A stretch of DNA of 64,000 nt, from sequence record OL631480, one strand, 5' to 3'. Source of the stretch: Escherichia phage ECML-123-2. The translations under genes were made by a program, and so were the position numbers. The first letter of the stretch is position 1. Each line of letters starts with the position of its first letter. Of this stretch, positions 49,067 through 58,941 are shown piece by piece. Below the pieces are notes generated by a model. The model had not been told where the DNA came from. It did no database searches and saw only the letters and a program-made list of their open reading frames with translations.

Positions 49067-49524
49067 TCAGCCTTATATTCAATAACAGGACATACTTTAG
49101 CTTTACGAGCTTTTAAAAATTCAACGATAATCGATTTCTTGGGTTGAATAGGAGGTAAACCTTTATACGCCCTATCAATATTTTCTACGTGTAAAGCATA
49201 ATCCTTTTTCCATTTATAATCTTTATATTTTTCACGCAGTTGTGCAGGAATAACAAATGAACCGATAATAAGTAAAACAAGCAAAATGGCAAGTATAAAT
49301 GCTGATGGAATAAGAGTCCATAAACTACCAAAAATAAGCCATTTCTGTATGATTTCTGCGCAGATGATAGTTAGACCTACGAGTATAGTACATCCGAAAA
49401 AAGAAACGAAAAATGTAGGGATAACAATAGACCAAAAGTATGCGCACAGCGTCTTAGGTCGTTGCCATTCATCGTTAAACAATTTGAATAATTTATAGTG
49501 CCAAGAGTTTTCATTAATAATCAT
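49063..49524 (-). CDS. membrane protein
   Basis: 153 aa with two to three predicted TM helices. Confidence 0.55.
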   Translation of the reverse strand: MIINENSWHYKLFKLFNDEWQRPKTLCAYFWSIVIPTFFVSFFGCTILVGLTIICAEIIQKWLIFGSLWTLIPSAFILAILLVLLIIGSFVIPAQLREKYKDYKWKKDYALHVENIDRAYKGLPPIQPKKSIIVEFLKARKAKVCPVIEYKAE

Positions 49525-49526
49525 AA

Positions 49527-50048
49527 TTATCCTTTCATTGAAGGTGTAACAGTTGTTAAATACTTAATCATAGCTTCAGCTTCTGATTTTGATAATGAAA
49601 TTTCTTCATTGTTTTGACGAATAGAAATAAAATCCGGATGACGGTCACCACCAGCTTTTAAAACACACATATAAGTATCAGTTTCATCTTCAATATCTGA
49701 AATGATTGAAGCAGTTCCACATGAATGTGGTTTTTGATAAATCAATACAGCTTTTCTTCCACCGTTTGACTGTTCATAAACTTTTAACACATCAAACAAA
49801 TCGCTTCTTTTATCAATAGCTAAGATGTTGTTTTCATCTTCAATATTAAATCCTTCGGATACTTCATAAAGTGTCACCCATAAATCACCAATATCAATAA
49901 CAGCGTTCACTTTTCCATGACTTTCAAGAGCATTACAAATTTTCTTAATTTCATCATAACTCATTTTAATAATATCATCTCCTTGAATAAGGAAGATGTC
50001 ATTTTTAAATTCAACACGAATTAAACCACTTCCACTTGAAATAAACAT
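49527..50048 (-). CDS. hypothetical protein (paralog pair member A)
   Basis: 173 aa, C-terminus SKSEAEAMIKYLTTVTPSMKG. Confidence 0.55.
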   Translation of the reverse strand: MFISSGSGLIRVEFKNDIFLIQGDDIIKMSYDEIKKICNALESHGKVNAVIDIGDLWVTLYEVSEGFNIEDENNILAIDKRSDLFDVLKVYEQSNGGRKAVLIYQKPHSCGTASIISDIEDETDTYMCVLKAGGDRHPDFISIRQNNEEISLSKSEAEAMIKYLTTVTPSMKG

Positions 50049-50054
50049 ATTTCC

Positions 50055-50612
50055 TCACTTTGAAATCATAGTTGGAATGACAGAATCGAGATAAGTCTTT
50101 AGCGCAATAGCTTCGTCTTTGGTAAATGTGACAATATACGATCGAAAATCATCAATTTGACGAATAGTTAAGACATCACCATCTTCATAGCATTTTGATA
50201 CGTTTAAAACAGTTTCATCATTCTGATTGCAAGCGTTAGTAATAATAGCATTGCAATTTTTGAGCCATTTTAAACTATGTTTTCTTTCATTAGAATAATA
50301 AAAATATTTAATCTTATCTATAAAACTATCCCAATGGATAACTGATAAACACATTGACTCACTTTTAATATTAAATCCTGGGCATGAAGAATAAAAATGA
50401 ATTTTGTGCTCATCATTGATGCTTACTATTTTATCAGTATAAGGATATTCAATTTGGGTTAAATGAATGATTTCACTAGGCGTAAAATATAGCATATCGT
50501 CTTCTTGTGTCAAACGATACATATTATTTACTTTTTCTATAGCTAATTCACCAAAAAGCGGACTAACTTCTAATACTAATCGTTTCATATTGATTCTCTT
50601 CGACTCACCCAC
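50055..50612 (-). CDS. hypothetical protein (paralog pair member B)
   Basis: 185 aa, C-terminus TKDEAIALKTYLDSVIPTMISK. Confidence 0.55.
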   Translation of the reverse strand: MGESKRINMKRLVLEVSPLFGELAIEKVNNMYRLTQEDDMLYFTPSEIIHLTQIEYPYTDKIVSINDEHKIHFYSSCPGFNIKSESMCLSVIHWDSFIDKIKYFYYSNERKHSLKWLKNCNAIITNACNQNDETVLNVSKCYEDGDVLTIRQIDDFRSYIVTFTKDEAIALKTYLDSVIPTMISK

Positions 50613-50747
50613 AATTACATACTCCTTTGAATAATATCAATAATGTTGTTCACCAGATTATAAGTAAACATTGGATAATTATATTGAATCATCACATACA
50701 CAACAAACAAAACTTTCATTCTCTTCTCCTTGGCAGTTGACAAGATT

Positions 50748-50777
50748 ACTATATCATAATCTTGTCAACTTGTAAAC
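50748..50777 (-). promoter_or_regulatory. T4-type early promoter with palindrome
   Basis: minus GTTTACaagttgacaagattatgaTATAGT inside inverted repeat gttgacaagatta/taatcttgtcaac. Confidence 0.45.
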
Positions 50778-50779
50778 CA

Positions 50780-50953
50780 TTAAATGACGTTTTCAATAAA
50801 ATTCTGAAGCTTTGTGTGAGCATCAACCATGATTTTCATTTCTTCTTTGGCGAAAGCTGTACCTCTTTCCCGAGAAGAACACTCATAGTCAGAAACTGCA
50901 TTAGCATATTCTTCAATTAGTTTCATTAAAAACATCTGCTTTTCAGTTTTCAT
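50780..50953 (-). CDS. small hypothetical protein (57 aa), not in ORF track
   Basis: MKTEKQMFLMKLIEEYANAVSDYECSSRERG...; start overlaps upstream stop. Confidence 0.4.
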   Translation of the reverse strand: MKTEKQMFLMKLIEEYANAVSDYECSSRERGTAFAKEEMKIMVDAHTKLQNFIENVI

Positions 50954-51137
50954 TGTTCCACCTAATCATTTCAAGATATTGAACTAACTTAGCTTTAGAT
51001 TTATCCAAATCCTTTTTAGCTGCTTCTATACCATCGTATGAATATCCTTCACAATGCTCAACTGCTAATTGATATGAATCTATTTCAATATCACGTGCTA
51101 ATTTAATGATTTTTTCAAACTGTTCGCGTGTTAGCAT
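50943..51137 (-). CDS. hypothetical protein
   Basis: 64-aa ORF. Confidence 0.5.
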   Translation of the reverse strand: MLTREQFEKIIKLARDIEIDSYQLAVEHCEGYSYDGIEAAKKDLDKSKAKLVQYLEMIRWNNEN

Positions 51138-51139
51138 AC

Positions 51140-51379
51140 TTACACTCTCGTATTATGATCGATAATTTCATCAAGAAACATATCTAACGCTTCTATAGCA
51201 TTATCAACTTTAGCTTCAAGTTCTTCAGCGCCTTTATTTGCAATGCCTGCCGAAAACCAAGCAAAGTCACTAAGTTCCTCATCTGCTTTGCGAATTAAAG
51301 CTACCAATTCTTTAATTTTATCTGCTTGTTCAATGCTAGTCATTATTCCACCACATATGAAAGAGAGAATATTGCACAC
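51140..51379 (-). CDS. hypothetical protein
   Basis: 79-aa ORF. Confidence 0.5.
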   Translation of the reverse strand: MCNILSFICGGIMTSIEQADKIKELVALIRKADEELSDFAWFSAGIANKGAEELEAKVDNAIEALDMFLDEIIDHNTRV

Positions 51380-51531
51380 GCCATATGAGTTGCAGCTTCA
51401 TCACACATATCATAACGTTTCTTAAGAAGTTCTACAAGTTCTTCACTAGTAACTTCATCCATGTCGACGAAAAAATCACCATTAATGATGACGTAGATAT
51501 TTCCTTCTTGATTGAGTGCTTCAATTTTCAT
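51343..51531 (-). CDS. hypothetical protein (62 aa from internal ATG)
   Basis: ATG at 51531 preceded by SD gaggagaacatc. Confidence 0.45.
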   Translation of the reverse strand: MKIEALNQEGNIYVIINGDFFVDMDEVTSEELVELLKKRYDMCDEAATHMACAIFSLSYVVE

Positions 51532-51559
51532 GATGTTCTCCTCTTTATCCGACGGTTGT

Positions 51560-51589
51560 ATAGTATCACAGCTCAAATTGAAAGTAAAC
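51560..51589 (-). promoter_or_regulatory. T4-type early promoter
   Basis: minus GTTTACtttcaatttgagctgtgaTACTAT. Confidence 0.5.
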
Positions 51590-51602
51590 TGGTAAAATGA
51601 AA

Positions 51603-51625
51603 AAAGTCTCCCGAAGGAGACTAAT
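51603..51625 (-). terminator. UUCG-tetraloop terminator
   Basis: agtctcccgaaggagact. Confidence 0.55.
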
Positions 51626-51626
51626 G

Positions 51627-52013
51627 TTATTCGAGGGAAAGAAGATATTTGCTCTGGTAAAACATCCCAGTAATATCATCTATCGTGCTTTGAATGGCTG
51701 GAGGCATTTCTTTATAAATGCTGTTAGATTGGTCTAGTATGCGATCAATCATTTTAATTGTGTCGGTAGGAAGTTTACTGGCATCTGGAATAGAAGGCGT
51801 GTATTTTCTACCAGAATACCCCAAATATTGCTCACCAAATTTATCAATCAAATCTGGCAACTCAGAGAAAATAAAATCGTATGCTTTGTGTCTAGCATAA
51901 CTTTTAGTTTCAAAATGCGCAGAATGAAAATAAGCTTGTGCAGCCATTAATAAACCTAAGTATTCATCTGCCTTTGAAGGTTTTCCACTTTGTGAAAAGT
52001 CGCTGAATTTCAT
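51627..52013 (-). CDS. hypothetical protein (rI.-1 position)
   Basis: 128-aa ORF directly downstream of rI. Confidence 0.55.
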   Translation of the reverse strand: MKFSDFSQSGKPSKADEYLGLLMAAQAYFHSAHFETKSYARHKAYDFIFSELPDLIDKFGEQYLGYSGRKYTPSIPDASKLPTDTIKMIDRILDQSNSIYKEMPPAIQSTIDDITGMFYQSKYLLSLE

Positions 52014-52303
52014 TCAGTCTCCAATTTAATGTTCATAATTCTAGCGTATGATTGTGCCATCTCCGCGCCTCGCTCTATACATTCAAAATCGGAAGAGCAC
52101 GGGTCATTTTTATAAGTCGTTCGCATAAAACTATAGAACTGTTCAGATGATTCTACGCTTTTGTTTTCAAAAAGCATATAAACGTGTCTAATACCAGATT
52201 CCATAAATTTATCAAAATGAGGATCGACATTCGCTTCAATTGGTGGAGATAAAGCAAACGCTAATCCTAGCATGGCAAATAGTGCCGTTGCTTTTAAGGC
52301 CAT
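52010..52303 (-). CDS. rI: RI lysis-inhibition regulator (antiholin)
   Basis: 97 aa MALKATALFAMLGLAFALSPPIEANVDPHFDKFMESGIRHVYMLFENKSVESSEQFY... matches recalled T4 RI. Confidence 0.85.
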   Translation of the reverse strand: MALKATALFAMLGLAFALSPPIEANVDPHFDKFMESGIRHVYMLFENKSVESSEQFYSFMRTTYKNDPCSSDFECIERGAEMAQSYARIMNIKLETE

Positions 52304-52315
52304 AAAGGCCTCCTA

Positions 52316-52528
52316 TCATTTTTGTCCTGTATTTACTTTATGCCGATGCACGGCCTTAACTTTATCAAGGTATTTTTCAAAATTTCGCAATCTAGTATAG
52401 TCTGCCGGAGATTGGTTGAGTGATACTTCTCGACGCAAAGCTGAAATGATATTTCCAACTTCCCTACGAATTTCATCTAATTGAAGAACAGTAAGATTGC
52501 GAAGTTGCTTTTCAGTTAATTGTAGCAT
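52316..52528 (-). CDS. hypothetical protein (rI.1 position)
   Basis: 70-aa ORF. Confidence 0.5.
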
Positions 52529-52570
52529 ATATACCCCTTTAGTTAGATAAACCTATTTATAACTTTTGCA

Positions 52571-53152
52571 CTAACCGAGCTTTTTAGTTAATTCATTCCA
52601 ATGTTTTCTACACAAAGAAACATAAATTTCATCACCAATACAGATTTGATTACCTTCTTTAACTGGTGTTCCATCTTCCATTAATCGAGCTGTCATAATA
52701 GCTTTTTTACCACAATGACAAACTGCCTTTAGTTCAATAAGTTTATCTGCAATCGCCAAAAGTTCTTTAGAACCTTCAAATAATTTTCCAGCGAAATCAG
52801 TCCTTAGCCCATAAGCCATAACAGGAACATTATATGTATCAACAATTCGACTTAATTGATGCACCTGTTCAGTTTTTAAAAACTGAGCTTCATCTACAAA
52901 TACACAATGAATATCTTTTTGTGCTTCAGCCCATTTATAGAACTCAAAAATATCCATATCATCCGTAATAATATTCGCTTCCTGCTTAATTCCAATGCGA
53001 GAAACGACTTCACAGACAGAATCGCGAGTATCAATAGCAGGCTTAAGAACTAATACACCCATTCCGCGTTCTTTATAATTATGTGCAGCAGTCAAAAGAG
53101 AAGCAGATTTTCCAGCATTCATTGCTGCGTAAGTAAAAATTAAACTCGCCAT
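52571..53152 (-). CDS. tk: thymidine kinase
   Basis: 193 aa, P-loop MNAGKS, zinc-binding CHCGKKA...; same size as T4 Tk. Confidence 0.93.
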   Translation of the reverse strand: MASLIFTYAAMNAGKSASLLTAAHNYKERGMGVLVLKPAIDTRDSVCEVVSRIGIKQEANIITDDMDIFEFYKWAEAQKDIHCVFVDEAQFLKTEQVHQLSRIVDTYNVPVMAYGLRTDFAGKLFEGSKELLAIADKLIELKAVCHCGKKAIMTARLMEDGTPVKEGNQICIGDEIYVSLCRKHWNELTKKLG

Positions 53153-53161
53153 ATCACCTTC

Positions 53162-53347
53162 TTAAAGCATATTCACATAAGCTATTAATTCGTTTTCTTT
53201 CTTATCAAACCGATCAGCAAATTCTTCTTGCTGTTCGGGAGATAGCGGGCCGTATTCATCATAAAAGGTGTTTGCTTCTGTATGCTCATCTAGAAGTTCA
53301 TGGATAAGCTCAAACAATTTATCTTTTTGTTCTTTACTCAGACTCAT
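53162..53347 (-). CDS. hypothetical acidic protein
   Basis: 61-aa ORF. Confidence 0.5.
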   Translation of the reverse strand: MSLSKEQKDKLFELIHELLDEHTEANTFYDEYGPLSPEQQEEFADRFDKKENELIAYVNML

Positions 53348-53513
53348 ATATTAATTTCCAGGAGTTTTAAAATAATTCGCTTTTGCTTAAATATTTCCAT
53401 AGTTAAATGACCAGTATCTTTTTGACCGATTCCAATGGCAAAACCTTTATTGACAGCGAGTTCAATTAAATTATCAAGCTCACGTAACACTTCATACTGT
53501 AACTCAAAACTAT

Positions 53514-53726
53514 TCATTTCGGTTTACCTTCTTTAACGAAATCTGGATAAGGATAAAATCCCGAATAAAATCCTTCACCTTTATGATTGATGCATCCTTT
53601 ATTAGAACAATAGCACCAATAATCGAAATCACAAGCCATTTCATCGTTGCATAAAGCAAAAACAACTGGCCATTTACACTTTTCACAATGGGCATTTTTA
53701 AGAATACTAGTTTGGCTCATAACCAT
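53514..53726 (-). CDS. small Cys-rich protein (putative zinc-binding)
   Basis: 70 aa with HCEKCKW...CNDEMACDFDYWCYCSNKGCINH. Confidence 0.5.
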   Translation of the reverse strand: MVMSQTSILKNAHCEKCKWPVVFALCNDEMACDFDYWCYCSNKGCINHKGEGFYSGFYPYPDFVKEGKPK

Positions 53727-53944
53727 GTAACCTTTAAGCAGTATTCTTCTACATGCTGTTTACGACCTTTCTTATCAATAAAGGTATATTCAACGAATGT
53801 TCCAATGTAGTCTTTATCTACATCATGCGGACTATTAATTGGACATTTAGTACGGCAAATGCGTTCCCATTGACGAATAATTACTGCCTTATTCTTTGGG
53901 TCATATGGATGTGGATAATGTATATTCATAATAACGGTTCCCAA
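53717..53944 (-). CDS. hypothetical protein
   Basis: 75-aa ORF. Confidence 0.5.
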   Translation of the reverse strand: MGTVIMNIHYPHPYDPKNKAVIIRQWERICRTKCPINSPHDVDKDYIGTFVEYTFIDKKGRKQHVEEYCLKVTWL

Positions 53945-54393
53945 TCAACAATCACAATTTCTAATTTAGAGGAATATGTATCTAAAATCCCCTCAATAAT
54001 ATCCCAGTTCCCTTTACCTATGCCTGCACCAATCCTAGGCATATAGATTGTAGGTTTAATCAGTTTATTTTCACCAAACTCATTTAATTCTAACATACAA
54101 TTCATTAAAGCGGAATACTCAAAATTTGGCCCTGGTTGAAATTGAGTATAAAGGTTGAAGCAATACGCTTTATGAGTCCTAAAGTATTTTTCATAGACTG
54201 AGTAAGAACCGAGTTTAGTTACATCACCCCATTCAGTCTGTAATTTATCAGCTTCCAAAATTTTAGGGAAAGCTTTGGTTAATTGACCCGCTACGCCTGA
54301 ACCCATAGTATGAAAACAATTGCATCCATGCGCAATATTTTTACCTTCAGCGAAAAGGGCGACAATATCGCCCTTGATATATTTTACAATCAT
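53926..54393 (-). CDS. macro-domain protein (ADP-ribose binding or hydrolysing), tk.4 position
   Basis: 155 aa; AHGCNCFHTMGSGVAGQL and IGAGIGKGNW resemble macro-domain N-x6-GG[VLI] and G-x-G motifs. Confidence 0.55.
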   Translation of the reverse strand: MIVKYIKGDIVALFAEGKNIAHGCNCFHTMGSGVAGQLTKAFPKILEADKLQTEWGDVTKLGSYSVYEKYFRTHKAYCFNLYTQFQPGPNFEYSALMNCMLELNEFGENKLIKPTIYMPRIGAGIGKGNWDIIEGILDTYSSKLEIVIVDWEPLL

Positions 54394-54731
54394 CTAGTAC
54401 TCAATCCTCGATTATAAGAATCTACCAAACGGTCAACCATTGAATGACAAGCGGCTTTATCTTTCTCCTCCGCAACTGAACATTCTAAGGTATTCCACTT
54501 TTTAGCATATCGTTTTAATAATGTATCGTTTTTGTATCTGCTTGATTTATCTCTTTCTCCGTCTTTATATGCATATATTAATTTCTGCGCAAATTCAGCT
54601 TGGCATGCTTTATTTTTCCCACAATAATCCGCGGCAGTACGGTTTACATACTCTCTAATTTCAGTATATGATGTATCTGCTAACGCAGAAAATGAAATTA
54701 ATCCTATACATAAAACCAAAATTTTAGTCAT
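54390..54731 (-). CDS. secreted hypothetical protein (vs position)
   Basis: 113 aa with MTKILVLCIGLISFSALA signal peptide. Confidence 0.5.
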   Translation of the reverse strand: MTKILVLCIGLISFSALADTSYTEIREYVNRTAADYCGKNKACQAEFAQKLIYAYKDGERDKSSRYKNDTLLKRYAKKWNTLECSVAEEKDKAACHSMVDRLVDSYNRGLSTR

Positions 54732-55269
54732 TTACTATTTCCAAAAGTTTATTATTTTTAAGGTAATTAGCCTTTTCTAGGACTTCAGAAGCATATTTAG
54801 AACCAGCTTTAACATTCCATCCCGAATTATAAGAGGATATTGCTTTTCTTATATCGCCCTTATGTATATTTAACCAATAAGAAAGTTCAATGTACGCCCA
54901 GGAAGCTGAATTGGACCGTTTATTCAACATTCTTTTTATTTCAGCATCGGTCATATTATAACCAAGTTCCTTGACTCTCGCTCGCATAGTAGGCAAATAA
55001 TTTTGGAACATTCCATAAGCGTGATGCTTTGGTTTAGATTTTAAATTAACTCCGCCAGAGCTTTCTTGCCATAAAATGGCTGCCATTATATGGCCTAATC
55101 CGCTCTTGTGGATGTTTTTGTGTGTTTTATATTTTCCATCCTTAGAAAATTGTTCCCCGAATTGATACGCGTAACGCATGTTATCGAGTTGGACATTACT
55201 GAAAGTATGCTCGGAGCTATGTGCCATCATTGAAATGGCCAATAGACCAGCGAGTAGTGCTTTTCTCAT
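54724..55269 (-). CDS. secreted lytic-transglycosylase-like protein (SLT domain), vs.1 position
   Basis: 181 aa with signal peptide; ILWQESSGG ... GMFQ resembles the SLT catalytic region. Confidence 0.55.
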   Translation of the reverse strand: MRKALLAGLLAISMMAHSSEHTFSNVQLDNMRYAYQFGEQFSKDGKYKTHKNIHKSGLGHIMAAILWQESSGGVNLKSKPKHHAYGMFQNYLPTMRARVKELGYNMTDAEIKRMLNKRSNSASWAYIELSYWLNIHKGDIRKAISSYNSGWNVKAGSKYASEVLEKANYLKNNKLLEIVND

Positions 55270-55276
55270 GCTTACC

Positions 55277-55738
55277 TCATTGAGTTTTAATTACTGCTTT
55301 AGAAGCCTTTCCTGGTAAACGACGACTATTGATAATTGCCATCCTGCATTGAAGCGACGGGTCTTTGAACTTCGCATTAGGTTTACAAACTGTAAATCCA
55401 AGCCAAAGATTTCCATCTGTGATTTCTAAACGTCCAGGACGGTATTCAACCCCATCAATAAAATCCTCATCAATGTCAGGACGCGGAGGCATACTCAGGA
55501 ATTCATTAACTTCTAAAACATGGTCTTTTATTTTGTGGAATAATTCAAAAACATATGTCTCATCAATCTCCCGTTGAATTGCACGATCAAGAAGATGCTG
55601 AGAATATTTTAGATGAAACGATGAGACCCCTGCTGCTTTTGATGCCTCACGAATCTCATTGTTAATTTGACGAAACTCCGACTCAAAGTGACGACGAAGC
55701 TTATTTCGACGGATAAAAACTTCTGTGTTGATAGTCAT
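55277..55738 (-). CDS. regB: RegB site-specific endoribonuclease
   Basis: 153-aa basic ORF at the T4 regB position and size. Confidence 0.7.
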   Translation of the reverse strand: MTINTEVFIRRNKLRRHFESEFRQINNEIREASKAAGVSSFHLKYSQHLLDRAIQREIDETYVFELFHKIKDHVLEVNEFLSMPPRPDIDEDFIDGVEYRPGRLEITDGNLWLGFTVCKPNAKFKDPSLQCRMAIINSRRLPGKASKAVIKTQ

Positions 55739-55765
55739 GTTATTCTCCTCTTAACTGATAGAAAA

Positions 55766-55795
55766 ATTATACCACAGTCAAGAGGAAAAGTAAAC
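55766..55795 (-). promoter_or_regulatory. T4-type early promoter for regB
   Basis: minus GTTTACttttcctcttgactgtggTATAAT. Confidence 0.5.
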
Positions 55796-55797
55796 AG

Positions 55798-56022
55798 TTA
55801 TTCTTTAAATCTAATCAATTTATTCATAGACTTTGAAACTTCGGCACGAACCTCATGTAGATTTTTGAGCTGTTCAAGACGCTGCGTATAGTAAGCAATT
55901 TCATCTTCTTCGAGACAGTCCTGTGAATCTTCTTTAAGATACCGTGCATAGTCCTGGAAAGCGTTACGGACTACTTCCTGGAAGTCATCAAGACTTTGAA
56001 TTTTCTTAGGAGCAGCAGACAC
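55798..56022 (-). CDS. hypothetical protein (vs.3 position)
   Basis: 74-aa ORF. Confidence 0.5.
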   Translation of the reverse strand: MSAAPKKIQSLDDFQEVVRNAFQDYARYLKEDSQDCLEEDEIAYYTQRLEQLKNLHEVRAEVSKSMNKLIRFKE

Positions 56023-56074
56023 ACGACGAGGGCAGTATAATACTCATAACCAAACCCTGCGCTTAATTGAGCCA

Positions 56075-56341
56075 TTAGTATTTTTCCTCTGGTTGGAACA
56101 CAGCACGACAAGCCCACATACTGGCTTCTTTGAGTTTCGTTTTAGCAATAGCTAACTGATCGAGGCTTTCAGCATAATTCTTCGCGAGTTCAAAGTCTTC
56201 GCAATTATCTAGTGCTTCCCAGAATTCATCATATAAAGCATCAAAGATAAGTCCTAAACGAACTTCAGCGTCTTTAATAGCATTTACTTTACCGATTTTT
56301 TCGTCGGTATGTGGCTTATAACCTTTAATATCTTCAATCAT
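56075..56341 (-). CDS. hypothetical protein at the vs.4 position (T4 Vs.4 is reported as the cyclic-oligonucleotide sponge Acb2; assigned by position only)
   Basis: 88 to 100-aa ORF, second gene after regB; start either 56377 or internal ATG 56341. Confidence 0.45.
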   Translation of the reverse strand: MIEDIKGYKPHTDEKIGKVNAIKDAEVRLGLIFDALYDEFWEALDNCEDFELAKNYAESLDQLAIAKTKLKEASMWACRAVFQPEEKY

Positions 56342-56555
56342 ATTTGACTTCCTCACCAGTACATAAATCGTATTCAACTAAACGAATAGGTTCATGAATG
56401 CCATATCCTTGAACAGAAATTTCTGTCGTAGGATAAATTCCATTAATATCACCCATGTTCCATGCTTCGTTAAATTGCTGTTCGCCTGAATTACTAAACC
56501 ACTCGGCGAAAGCATTTAGCACATCTTCAGAACCTTCAATAATTATCTTTGCCAT
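56334..56555 (-). CDS. hypothetical protein (vs.5 position)
   Basis: 73-aa ORF. Confidence 0.5.
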   Translation of the reverse strand: MAKIIIEGSEDVLNAFAEWFSNSGEQQFNEAWNMGDINGIYPTTEISVQGYGIHEPIRLVEYDLCTGEEVKYD

Positions 56556-56917
56556 TACAAACTCTCGGTGAAGGTACGAGCGATAACGTCGCGCTGCTGT
56601 TCCGGAGTCAGAGAGTTAAAGCGAACTGCATAACCGGATACACGGATGGTCAGCTGCGGATATTTTTCCGGATGCTTAACTGCATCTTCCAGAGTTTCAC
56701 GACGCAGAACGTTAACGTTCAGGTGTTGACCACCTTCAATTTTAACTGTAGGCTGTTGCTCAATTTCAATTTCACGGGCATGCAAACCATAGAAAATTTC
56801 TGGGTCTACAAAAGAGTCCTCTTTAAAGGTTTTAGAGACAATAATTCGTGCTTGAATACCATCTTCAAAATAAATAGTACCTTTATGTGTGCCTTCAAGA
56901 ATTTGATATGCTTTCAT
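56555..56917 (-). CDS. autonomous glycyl-radical cofactor (YfiD/GrcA-like; T4 Y06I-like)
   Basis: 120 aa with C-terminal glycyl-radical motif RVSGYAV. Confidence 0.75.
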   Translation of the reverse strand: MKAYQILEGTHKGTIYFEDGIQARIIVSKTFKEDSFVDPEIFYGLHAREIEIEQQPTVKIEGGQHLNVNVLRRETLEDAVKHPEKYPQLTIRVSGYAVRFNSLTPEQQRDVIARTFTESL

Positions 56918-56923
56918 ATAACC

Positions 56924-57253
56924 TCAATTAGAAAATAAATTTATCCAAGATTGTTCTTTAATTAAAAATGGCTCAGAATCATATGCCATTAAACTCTGTG
57001 TGATTAGTCCTTTAAAAGGCCCATCAATAAATTCCATGGTAAAATATGGAATTTTATTCATTAGCCGTGCATTAGGAGCCGTGCACAAAACTCTGCATCC
57101 TTTGAATACGCCTTTTTGTAATTTGTATTGCTTGGGATAAAATTCGCTCAAAATGTTATTTTTTGCCAAAATTTCAAAATGATTCACCAATTTATTTTTA
57201 ATAGTTTTTGGCGAAAAATAAAGATATTCGAAAAGCTGAGTGTCTGTCATCAT
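56924..57253 (-). CDS. hypothetical protein
   Basis: about 110-aa ORF; start uncertain. Confidence 0.45.
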   Translation of the reverse strand: MMTDTQLFEYLYFSPKTIKNKLVNHFEILAKNNILSEFYPKQYKLQKGVFKGCRVLCTAPNARLMNKIPYFTMEFIDGPFKGLITQSLMAYDSEPFLIKEQSWINLFSN

Positions 57254-57837
57254 TGCATTCCGATTACGAAAAACTGTGGACGAGTAATACCACCAATGCA
57301 ACATTTAATATTACAGCAGCAGTGTACAGTGTCAATATGGACACTATAAATCTTATCCATATCAGGAGATTTGACAGGCTCATCAATTATATACAAAATT
57401 CGCGAAAGCGATAAACCTCTGAACTTGCTTCCTTTATTACCAATAAAACTGCGCACAGAATCAGTAAATAAACGAAAACGTATATCATCATTAGAATAAC
57501 GCGAAAATTCCTTTTTAATATTATCTGCGGAAATTTTAGCGTAAGCTGAAGTATTAGAAAGAACAATAACTGTTCCACCGTCATACAACCAATTAGCGGC
57601 AAAATTAGTTACTGCAGTTGATTTACCAGATTGACGCCCACCATCTAGTCGAAGTGTACAATACTGTTTAAGTAAGTCTTCAAATGGCGGGATATATTCG
57701 TTTTTACAAATTTCTTCTACTCTAGCATCAGAATGGTGTGTAAAAGCATTCATCAGGGATAGATAAGGACCAGTTAAAAATGTTCTCATTTTGTTCTCTC
57801 TAGGTTTGGGCCATTCCATGGCGCATGAATTGTCCAT
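57250..57837 (-). CDS. P-loop NTPase-like hypothetical protein
   Basis: 195 aa with GGRQSGKST Walker-A-like motif. Confidence 0.55.
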   Translation of the reverse strand: MDNSCAMEWPKPRENKMRTFLTGPYLSLMNAFTHHSDARVEEICKNEYIPPFEDLLKQYCTLRLDGGRQSGKSTAVTNFAANWLYDGGTVIVLSNTSAYAKISADNIKKEFSRYSNDDIRFRLFTDSVRSFIGNKGSKFRGLSLSRILYIIDEPVKSPDMDKIYSVHIDTVHCCCNIKCCIGGITRPQFFVIGMQ

Positions 57838-57934
57838 TTCTGTATTTACCCATTACCGCACTTGGGCTCGACCTTATTACAGGTTGGCGGGAATCCCTCA
57901 CAGAATCATGAGGTCCAGGTTATTCCCATGTTAT

Positions 57935-58351
57935 TTAAATGTAAATATTTTTGCCGTAATACTTATACCAGTGTGGCTTCATTAAAATTTTTTCATCGAG
58001 TCGTTGTTGACTCAACTTAATAGCTGATTTGCATGGATTATAATCATTTTTCCATTCTACTGGAATATCGCTGATGTCAGGAACTTCAGTATCTTTTATA
58101 CTGAACCCGCGTTTTAAGCATTCCGTTATAATGTCCGATTGACGCTTTCGCAAAAATTCTAACTTATCGTAAAAGAAAGTAACATGACCAGAACCTAAAA
58201 TAAATTTAGAAGATATTTTAAAATCTTTAACGCGCTTACCGTTTGCCACATGCTTACGAACTATACCAAAAACACGCGGCAATTCACGGTATTCTGCGAT
58301 TAAATGTTGATCAGCAAGTTCAGATACTAAAGTCAAATTAATACGAGTCAT
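57935..58351 (-). CDS. denV: endonuclease V (pyrimidine dimer DNA glycosylase) DenV
   Basis: 138 aa [29 protein letters not shown]... matches recalled T4 DenV. Confidence 0.93.
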   Translation of the reverse strand: MTRINLTLVSELADQHLIAEYRELPRVFGIVRKHVANGKRVKDFKISSKFILGSGHVTFFYDKLEFLRKRQSDIITECLKRGFSIKDTEVPDISDIPVEWKNDYNPCKSAIKLSQQRLDEKILMKPHWYKYYGKNIYI

Positions 58352-58374
58352 TTTATCCCTCCAAGTAACTGTGA

Positions 58375-58404
58375 ATATACTATCACAATTCTAGGAGAAA
58401 GTAA
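58375..58404 (-). promoter_or_regulatory. T4-type early promoter for denV
   Basis: minus GTTTACtttctcctagaattgtgaTAGTAT. Confidence 0.5.
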
Positions 58405-58410
58405 ACAACT

Positions 58411-58941
<531 letters not shown>

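Noticed and set aside
53342-53519. Possible 59-aa minus-strand ORF between the tk-adjacent ORFs
   Set aside because: Hand translation did not close in frame with a stop at the expected position; left unannotated
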